This document shows positions 57,724 through 64,000 of a stretch of 64,000 nt of DNA, one piece after another (position 1 is the stretch's first letter; each line of letters opens with the position of its first letter). The translations under genes and the position numbers were made by a program. The stretch is from IMG/VR virus record IMGVR_UViG_3300031555_010338; one strand, given 5' to 3'. The notes below the pieces were generated by a model, which saw only the letters and a program-made list of their open reading frames with translations, had not been told where the DNA came from and did no database searches. This DNA is from a virus (taxonomy: Duplodnaviria; Caudoviricetes).

Positions 57724-57956
57724 ACTGATTCCTCAATTACACGCTGATTCAGAAACGCCACGATTTTTTCCTTGCAGATCTCACGACCAGTCTTACGGAA
57801 CCCATCGACTGCGGAACAATCGCCACCACAAATCAATACACATGGCGGCAGCACCACACGATCTGCTAAAAATTCAGCCATAGCTTCTGGCGAAGAAGAA
57901 ATTTTCTGGAATAATGTTGCATTGCTGTTATCCATCGAAGCCCTCCATTCGCTCAA
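57720..57956 (-). CDS. Hypothetical protein
   Basis: 78 aa, Cys cluster, operonic. Confidence 0.55.
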   Translation of the reverse strand: MSEWRASMDNSNATLFQKISSSPEAMAEFLADRVVLPPCVLICGGDCSAVDGFRKTGREICKEKIVAFLNQRVIEESV

Positions 57957-58500
57957 AAGTTACGACCCATACAAATGGGTTATTTGTCCAGCCATACTTT
58001 TCTCGCTTAGCTTCTGATAATGAACCATCCCACATTTCTGCGAATGTCACCTCTGGGAGCAATGTGCCTCTCAACCAAACACCCTCACGAGCAATATCCA
58101 GCATGGAAATATCGTGAAGCTTTTCAAATCCAACGTGAGTAACTTTCAAATAAAGACGAACCGCGTCTTTTGGCATATGAACAGATGACTTCCAGGCTGT
58201 CAAATGCCAACCAGCCGGCATTGCGTCATCCGCCTTATACACATACTCTCCATCAAGCTCTGCCCAGGTTTCTTTTACACCAATAACATCTCCGATTTCA
58301 TACGGCGGCTTAATGACCTCGCCTCCGATATTCGGTGAATCTTGGATACCCGCAAACAAACCGGCTGCGGTCATCGTGCCACCTAAAATATCCTGTTTCT
58401 TCAAGGCGAATCGCATTTGAGTTTTTCTACCTTCCAGTATTCCACTCACCGCTTCGCCATTAAGCCGTATGTACTTTACTTCCCTGTCAATCATCGGCAA
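57928..58500 (-). CDS. ASCH/PUA-like domain protein
   Basis: ILEGRKTQ.R, GD...VKETW, W.SS.HMP, NPFVWVV.F. Confidence 0.7.
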   Translation of the reverse strand: MPMIDREVKYIRLNGEAVSGILEGRKTQMRFALKKQDILGGTMTAAGLFAGIQDSPNIGGEVIKPPYEIGDVIGVKETWAELDGEYVYKADDAMPAGWHLTAWKSSVHMPKDAVRLYLKVTHVGFEKLHDISMLDIAREGVWLRGTLLPEVTFAEMWDGSLSEAKREKYGWTNNPFVWVVTFERMEGFDG

Positions 58501-59242
58501 GCACTTCGATCCAAGGACGGTATGCCGGCATCGGCATCATCTTAAAAGCATTTGCATGATGAAGATTATCAATCTTGGCCTTAACTGCCTCATCGTCGCA
58601 TTTTCCAGTTCGGATGTAGGTATCAAGCGCAGCATATGTGAAGCCAAAATTATCCTCATCGGTCTTTCCGCTCAATCCATCAGACGGAACCTTATGGATA
58701 AGATCATCTGGCAGGCCAAGAACCTCGCCAATCTGAACAACCTCACCAACCGTCAACTGAGAAATCGGAGCAAATTGGCCTACACTGTCTCCAAACAAAG
58801 TGGAGTATCCAATCCAGTCCTCAGACAAATTACAGGTGTTTGCCACCCTGCCGTTGCAGCTCTGAGATACCGCAAATAAAGTTGCCATACGGATTCGCGC
58901 CGGCAGCTTTACTCTGGTTTGATGACTGGTAATAATACCAGTATTTCGCATACCACCAAGCACTTCCATAACCGCGTCTCGGATATTGATTTCAAAATGC
59001 TTAATGTTAAGGTGTTGCACAAGCGCATAGCTGGCAGAAATATCAGATTGAACGCCCTGTGGCATCAAAACACCAATCACACGATCTTTACCAAGAGCTT
59101 CTACACACAATGCGGCAACAACTGACGAATCTTTACCACCAGAAATACCGACGATTGCGTTACACGTTGCGCCATTCTTCTCAAAATAGTCTCTGATCCA
59201 TGCAACACACTCGTTTTTCACTTTCTCCGCATCAAAGCCCAT
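58487..59242 (-). CDS. nadE: NH3-dependent NAD+ synthetase
   Basis: GISGGKDS, ARIRM, N.SE..IGYST.FGD, PSDGL...TDED..G. Confidence 0.93.
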   Translation of the reverse strand: MGFDAEKVKNECVAWIRDYFEKNGATCNAIVGISGGKDSSVVAALCVEALGKDRVIGVLMPQGVQSDISASYALVQHLNIKHFEINIRDAVMEVLGGMRNTGIITSHQTRVKLPARIRMATLFAVSQSCNGRVANTCNLSEDWIGYSTLFGDSVGQFAPISQLTVGEVVQIGEVLGLPDDLIHKVPSDGLSGKTDEDNFGFTYAALDTYIRTGKCDDEAVKAKIDNLHHANAFKMMPMPAYRPWIEVLADD

Positions 59243-60735
59243 CAGAACCCTCCATTCTCAGCATGGAGACGGTTTCTGATTTCGCTCAGCGTGTATTCCT
59301 TAGTAATCGCACCATCACGGAACACAGTCTCCAGCATGTTTTCTCCGCTCACTGTTGCGGGTGTCAGCCCGTCTTCATATACGATCTGTCCGTCTGTATC
59401 GTGGTACACTCTACAAACCCCGCGCTGGCTCTTCTTGAATCTTCCAGTATCGGTCTTAGGATTTTTGAAAATCTCAAATCCCTTGCCGTTGACCTCTCCA
59501 TATGTCGCCTTAACCGCAATGCCAAACGTATCTCTGGTAAAGGGGTTAAGGATCGTTTCGTCCTTATCGTTGACTGTCTCGACGCACTGCATGGAAAAGC
59601 TGCCAACACCAAGAGAGACATTGTTGCAGGCAAATCCAGCCTCAATCAGTCTGCGGTAGATTTCAGCACAGCGATTTACGGTAATAGAATCACCGTACAA
59701 AGCCTTCACATGGGGGTCGAGAACCTTGTATCCCTTACTGTTTACGGTTCCTCCGAAAATGTCCCACAGATGAAATACAGTCTCAGTCACGATTTCAACA
59801 GGATCGCCGCTATCGCCGCGAACCAGAAGACATCCGTTATGGTTCATGATTTCATCCTTGAGCTGAGGAAGAATCTCATCAACCAAGTGCCAGTAGTCGT
59901 AGCTATCGGACACCATAGAGAAGTTGTGATTGGGATAAATCTCAGTCAGAAGTCGGCGCACGAAGGAGATCTCATCACCGTCGATGGCGTAGTTACTGCA
60001 CATCACGCTATGCTCCGTAGAGATTGCGCCGTATGCAACCGGCTCCTTAGTACAGTCGCAGTTATACATCTTTTCAAGGTACGGAATTGCGGGGACAGTT
60101 GCCGTATTGAGGAAAGACAGACAAAAACCAGCGCTGCTCTTAACGGCTGACTGCAAGCTCTCCTGACCACGGAAGGAGAAATCGCCCAGCGCACGACTGC
60201 GAGGAATATTGTCATCCACGGAAATGTCGTATGCACGATTGACGATCTCACGATACCAATAGCCAACATTGGCGGAAATCATCGGATGCCACAGCTCAGC
60301 GGACATCAAAGACTCAATGGTGTTCACCAGCCACGCAAAATCGGGGTGTGTATTGCTGATCTCGATCATAGGAACCTTGATAGGAACACGGGTTCCCTCA
60401 GGAATCGCCTTAATCTCCAAGGGCAGATACCCAAGCTTGTGCAGATCGACAATCTTACCAAGGTCATAAGTACCAACGCCAAGCGTACTGTCGAGAACTC
60501 TCTGATACTCAGCAGCGACCTCTTCACGACTACGGTTGAAGAAATACTTGTTGAAGTAGTCCACAAGATATGTCTTCAAAAACGCCTGCAAGCTGAACAT
60601 GACAAGCTTATCCTGACCGCCAATTCTGCTCATACGAGGTGTCAGATAAGACACCAGCTTTGTCAGGCCACTCGGATACTGCTCGTGGTGAGTAGTCTTG
60701 TAAAAATCCAGCAAAAGCAAAGGATTAGTTTCCAT
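59242..60735 (-). CDS. NAMPT-family phosphoribosyltransferase (Namat-like)
   Basis: DFYK..H, DFSFRG, TEHS, VSDSYD, RGDSG, YGDSI, GVGS, K.PKTD, KKS..G. Confidence 0.9.
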   Translation of the reverse strand: METNPLLLLDFYKTTHHEQYPSGLTKLVSYLTPRMSRIGGQDKLVMFSLQAFLKTYLVDYFNKYFFNRSREEVAAEYQRVLDSTLGVGTYDLGKIVDLHKLGYLPLEIKAIPEGTRVPIKVPMIEISNTHPDFAWLVNTIESLMSAELWHPMISANVGYWYREIVNRAYDISVDDNIPRSRALGDFSFRGQESLQSAVKSSAGFCLSFLNTATVPAIPYLEKMYNCDCTKEPVAYGAISTEHSVMCSNYAIDGDEISFVRRLLTEIYPNHNFSMVSDSYDYWHLVDEILPQLKDEIMNHNGCLLVRGDSGDPVEIVTETVFHLWDIFGGTVNSKGYKVLDPHVKALYGDSITVNRCAEIYRRLIEAGFACNNVSLGVGSFSMQCVETVNDKDETILNPFTRDTFGIAVKATYGEVNGKGFEIFKNPKTDTGRFKKSQRGVCRVYHDTDGQIVYEDGLTPATVSGENMLETVFRDGAITKEYTLSEIRNRLHAENGGF

Positions 60736-61528
60736 ATTTTAATTCCTCCACATCAAATACTGTAATCAGAGGGTGGTTCTTGCGGAAAATAGAGTTGGTG
60801 GTATAAATACCGGCCAAAAGTCCACTGTTGATAAGCTCCCCCTCAAGGATCGTGTTCTCGCAATGCGTTACATACAGAAACACATTCTCAACGCCCAGGC
60901 TCTTCAAAGCCCGTGCGGTATGTAAGAAAGTTCCGCCTTTACTACAAATATCATCGCAGATCAGCGCCGACTTCTTACCATTTAGGCCGTTGCCCATGAT
61001 TTCCAGCCCCTCGATTGCTCCGGTACTCCAATCACGCTTCTTTACGCCAAATGCGTATGGAATTCGGAACATGTCAGAGTAGCGCTTCATCGCACCCTCA
61101 TCTGGATACACCATAGCAATTTCAGACTGCATAATGTCATTCAGCGCCGCACTGACGAACTTATTTGGAGTAAAAACCTGAACTCTGTCGATCAGAGCAG
61201 CGGAAACGCTGGAATGAGGATCAAGTACATAGACGTTCTGGAAATGAAGGCTGTTGATAATGTCAGCAAAATACTTCAGCGTAAACACCTCATTATCCGC
61301 CTTTACACGATCCATCCTCGCATTCGGGATGTATGGCATATACAGGTTGATTGGGAAGCAACCATACTGGCGAAGATGGGACACAATATAGATCAGCGCA
61401 GGCAGCTCATGTTCGCCATCATACATCCATGTGACATTTTTAGCCTCGCCGCTAACACCGACCTTCAGCAGCGGAGTTCCATCCGGAAAATGTCTTAACT
61501 GAATTTCTTGTCCATTGACCTTAATCAT
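60725..61528 (-). CDS. Ribose-phosphate pyrophosphokinase-like protein (Adps-like)
   Basis: FPDG, PYIPNARMDR, DPHS, PDEGA, DDICSKGGT. Confidence 0.9.
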   Translation of the reverse strand: MIKVNGQEIQLRHFPDGTPLLKVGVSGEAKNVTWMYDGEHELPALIYIVSHLRQYGCFPINLYMPYIPNARMDRVKADNEVFTLKYFADIINSLHFQNVYVLDPHSSVSAALIDRVQVFTPNKFVSAALNDIMQSEIAMVYPDEGAMKRYSDMFRIPYAFGVKKRDWSTGAIEGLEIMGNGLNGKKSALICDDICSKGGTFLHTARALKSLGVENVFLYVTHCENTILEGELINSGLLAGIYTTNSIFRKNHPLITVFDVEELKYGN

Positions 61529-62066
61529 GACTTTCCTCCATATTCAGAATTTCAATCTGACAAGCCTTCATTGCATTCAGTGCATTGTTATGACTCTCAG
61601 GAGTTACACCAGCGCAGCAGGCCGCATCAACCATCACAGGGGTTTCAGGGCAAAAAGCCTTGATTACCATCGCATTGGAGATCACGCAAATATCCGTACA
61701 GACACCAACCAGCTCTACACTGTCGATAGTACCCTTCATAAACTGCTCCGTCACAAAAAGGCCAAGCTGTACAGAACCAAACGTGTACTTCTCAACGGTA
61801 AAGCATCTGTCTTTGTATGCCTCCAGCTCCGGTACAAGACGATGACCGTCAGTGCCGCGAATGCAATGCTTGACAGGGAGGTTCTTTCCCTCCTGAGTAT
61901 TCAGATAGTCTTCATTGTGAGTGTCGAAGGTAAAGATAACCATTTCGGTATTGGCAACCTTACTCACAATGCCATTTACCACGGAAGCGGCTTCCTTTGA
62001 GCCAAGCACACCATCCACGAAATCTCGCTGCATATCCACAACGACCAAAAGTTTTTTACTATCCAT
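61521..62066 (-). CDS. pncA: Nicotinamidase (isochorismatase family)
   Basis: VVDMQRDF, DTH, HC..GT.G, EK.TFG, G.CTDICV (Asp-Lys-Cys triad). Confidence 0.8.
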   Translation of the reverse strand: MDSKKLLVVVDMQRDFVDGVLGSKEAASVVNGIVSKVANTEMVIFTFDTHNEDYLNTQEGKNLPVKHCIRGTDGHRLVPELEAYKDRCFTVEKYTFGSVQLGLFVTEQFMKGTIDSVELVGVCTDICVISNAMVIKAFCPETPVMVDAACCAGVTPESHNNALNAMKACQIEILNMEESHD

Positions 62067-62079
62067 GTTCAAATTCCTC

Positions 62080-62673
62080 CTAAACATGAGTCCATATTGT
62101 TCCCTTAATGATTTTCGAGATCAGATTTGCCGAAACGCCGAATTGTTCAGCGAGTTCTTGTCTATTGCACTTCTGCCCCTTCCCTTTCGGGATATAAACG
62201 CTGCGGATATAAAGGACATCCGCCTCGCTTAGCTTTGACATACCATTACAGCTACCAGAGTAAACCCCCATCTGAGAGTAATATCCAAGCTGGTAAGGCA
62301 CATCGTAATCAATCAATTCAAGATCTACGGCGTGAAAGTAGTTCTCTCTTCTCGTACACCACTCCAGATTTGCAACATCGTTATGTTGCTTACATCCGTC
62401 CATATGGTTCACGATCTCATAGTTCGCTACATTCGGAAGATAAGTCTCCGCGACACAACGATGCACATGTACATTGATCCGTTTTCCATTGACAGAGATA
62501 CAGGCTTGCAAATATCCGCCATCTCCATAGCCGAACGAATAGATACGCTTAGTCTTAGCGTTTCGCAGTCTACCCCAGGTAGACACCTCAAATCTCCATG
62601 AATAGTCGATACCTTGATAAACTGCGCCAGTCCATTCTTCTGGAATCTGGTTTCTAATCGTTTCCTCGCTCAC
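62080..62673 (-). CDS. HNH homing endonuclease (NUMOD4-type)
   Basis: EVS..GRLRN, VHRCVAETY, VNHMDGCK.HN...NLEW. Confidence 0.85.
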   Translation of the reverse strand: MSEETIRNQIPEEWTGAVYQGIDYSWRFEVSTWGRLRNAKTKRIYSFGYGDGGYLQACISVNGKRINVHVHRCVAETYLPNVANYEIVNHMDGCKQHNDVANLEWCTRRENYFHAVDLELIDYDVPYQLGYYSQMGVYSGSCNGMSKLSEADVLYIRSVYIPKGKGQKCNRQELAEQFGVSANLISKIIKGTIWTHV

Positions 62674-62884
62674 AGAACATTTGATGGAACATCAACCGCC
62701 TTTCTTTTCTCTGCACTTCTTCGTCAGCCGGTATTCTACGGATGCAGTTCTCGCCAGGTTCACATCCACGCATCTTTCCCGTCACCAGAAGATAGTGACA
62801 ACAGAAGCACATACCAGCATCTCTCCAATAGTGACAGCCTTCGCAGGGGTGATTTTCCACTGCTTGAGCTATTTGCAAGTCCAT
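62654..62884 (-). CDS. Small Cys-rich protein
   Basis: CEGC...C.Y...TG..RGC...C. Confidence 0.55.
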   Translation of the reverse strand: MDLQIAQAVENHPCEGCHYWRDAGMCFCCHYLLVTGKMRGCEPGENCIRRIPADEEVQRKERRLMFHQMFCERGND

Positions 62885-62910
62885 AATGATTACCTCCCGT
62901 AATTGTTTAG

Positions 62911-63168
62911 CTAATTGCTTATTGCGATAGCCGCGATTTTCTGATAATATTGCTGCCAGATAGCATCCACGATCATCATCCGCCGCTCATCCGTATCGGC
63001 ATTCTTCAGAGCAGTCAGTACAGTTTGGATTGCATCGTTCTTTCGGTCAACAACCTGCATAACCTTCCATACTTCGTTACCAACCGCATCACCGAATTCA
63101 CTCCGTAGCGCTTTCGGCATGATGGCCTCTTGTGTGGCCTGTTTGATATCACCCATGACAAGCACCAC
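62911..63168 (-). CDS. Hypothetical protein
   Basis: 85 aa, operonic. Confidence 0.5.
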   Translation of the reverse strand: MVLVMGDIKQATQEAIMPKALRSEFGDAVGNEVWKVMQVVDRKNDAIQTVLTALKNADTDERRMMIVDAIWQQYYQKIAAIAISN

Positions 63169-63379
63169 CCGAACGACGAGGACACCAACTTGGAATCTCG
63201 CATTCTTTCCTTAGTTGATATGGACGGCAAGCACATGTCACAATTCGCTCGGCATCGCCATGCCGACATAAAACTTTCTCATCATCGTCGCAAAACCAGT
63301 CATGCGGATCAGGATCGGGTAACACAACATGGTCTGGACAATCCATACAATTATCAATCATGATAGCTACTTTGCTCAT
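63149..63379 (-). CDS. Small Cys-rich protein
   Basis: C.DCP...C...C...IP.WCP. Confidence 0.55.
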   Translation of the reverse strand: MSKVAIMIDNCMDCPDHVVLPDPDPHDWFCDDDEKVLCRHGDAERIVTCACRPYQLRKECEIPSWCPRRSGGACHG

Positions 63380-63646
63380 TTAACTCGCCTCGCTTTCACA
63401 TCGAATTTCCATACCTGGCTGAATAAGTGATACTCCACGCCGGCACTCTGGCGGACATGTACAATCCTTCGCACGAGAGCCAACAATATGCCGATTACAT
63501 TCAGAGAAATCATGCTCTTTGCCGCAAAACAGATCACATTTCAAGCAGTTCGTCTCCACAAGAGCCTTGGTAATTAGCTGATTGTTCGGCGTGTCTACTT
63601 TCAACCCTTTGTATTTGGCGGGGTGTACATATTTCATTACTTCCAA
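63380..63646 (-). CDS. Small Cys-rich protein
   Basis: 88 aa, operonic. Confidence 0.5.
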   Translation of the reverse strand: MEVMKYVHPAKYKGLKVDTPNNQLITKALVETNCLKCDLFCGKEHDFSECNRHIVGSRAKDCTCPPECRRGVSLIQPGMEIRCESEAS

Positions 63647-63990
63647 ACTCCCCTCTCCAAATACTCACCGACGAACTCTTCTTTCACCTGATACACATCC
63701 ATATGACAGGCATTGCATACACCGAAGATGTCTTTACCATCAAACTCGTAATGGTAACAGTTGGAGCCGCAGCCACACGGATTTCCTTGCTTCGCAACAT
63801 AGTAAGTCCAAATATTCTGTTCGCCGTCCGAATGGCAGAGGATCTTTCTGCGCGGCGGATGCTGATGCACTTCATTGGAAGGAATTCTGGATCGTAACAC
63901 ATCGATTGCGTAGTTTGCAGCTTCTCGAAGAACGCCGCCAAGGTTCGCACTTTCCAGGATATCGATTGCTCTTTGGTCAGTCATCTCCAT
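63637..63990 (-). CDS. Hypothetical zinc-binding protein
   Basis: PCGCGS...CNAC. Confidence 0.55.
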   Translation of the reverse strand: MEMTDQRAIDILESANLGGVLREAANYAIDVLRSRIPSNEVHQHPPRRKILCHSDGEQNIWTYYVAKQGNPCGCGSNCYHYEFDGKDIFGVCNACHMDVYQVKEEFVGEYLERGVWK

Positions 63991-64000
63991 CCAAACTCAC

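Noticed and set aside
62080-62673. HNH gene as part of a group I intron
   Set aside because: Neighbouring genes are intact and no interrupted gene is evident; treated as free-standing

Overview
Left part of a large temperate, SPbeta-like siphophage of a Clostridia-type (Bacillota) host; host taxon is inferred. Almost all genes are on the minus strand. The prophage appears integrated at the 3' end of lysS. Two tandem att cores (100-125 and 4147-4176) bracket an integrase-less ~4 kb cassette (XRE regulator, membrane protein, HD-domain dNTPase-like gene and partner). Left to right after that: a lysis module; a complete diversity-generating retroelement (RT, TR, Avd, VR1 in a tail adhesin) that also diversifies a second target ~39 kb away inside the tRNA island; tail, head and packaging genes; a ~7 kb RNA island; HU; a YonO-like RNA polymerase with an apparent AUA/AUU start; IscS; and a four-gene NAD+ operon. 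The RNA island holds 27 tRNAs covering all 20 amino acids, one aberrant Tyr-like tRNA, a tmRNA with a 23-aa tag, a ~630-nt ROOL-like RNA, five copies of an unrecognised ACAGCAA stem motif, and folD. The NAD+ operon (PncA, Prs-like, NAMPT-like, NadE) looks like a deamidating variant of phage NAD reconstitution. All calls were made by eye; no database searches were run.
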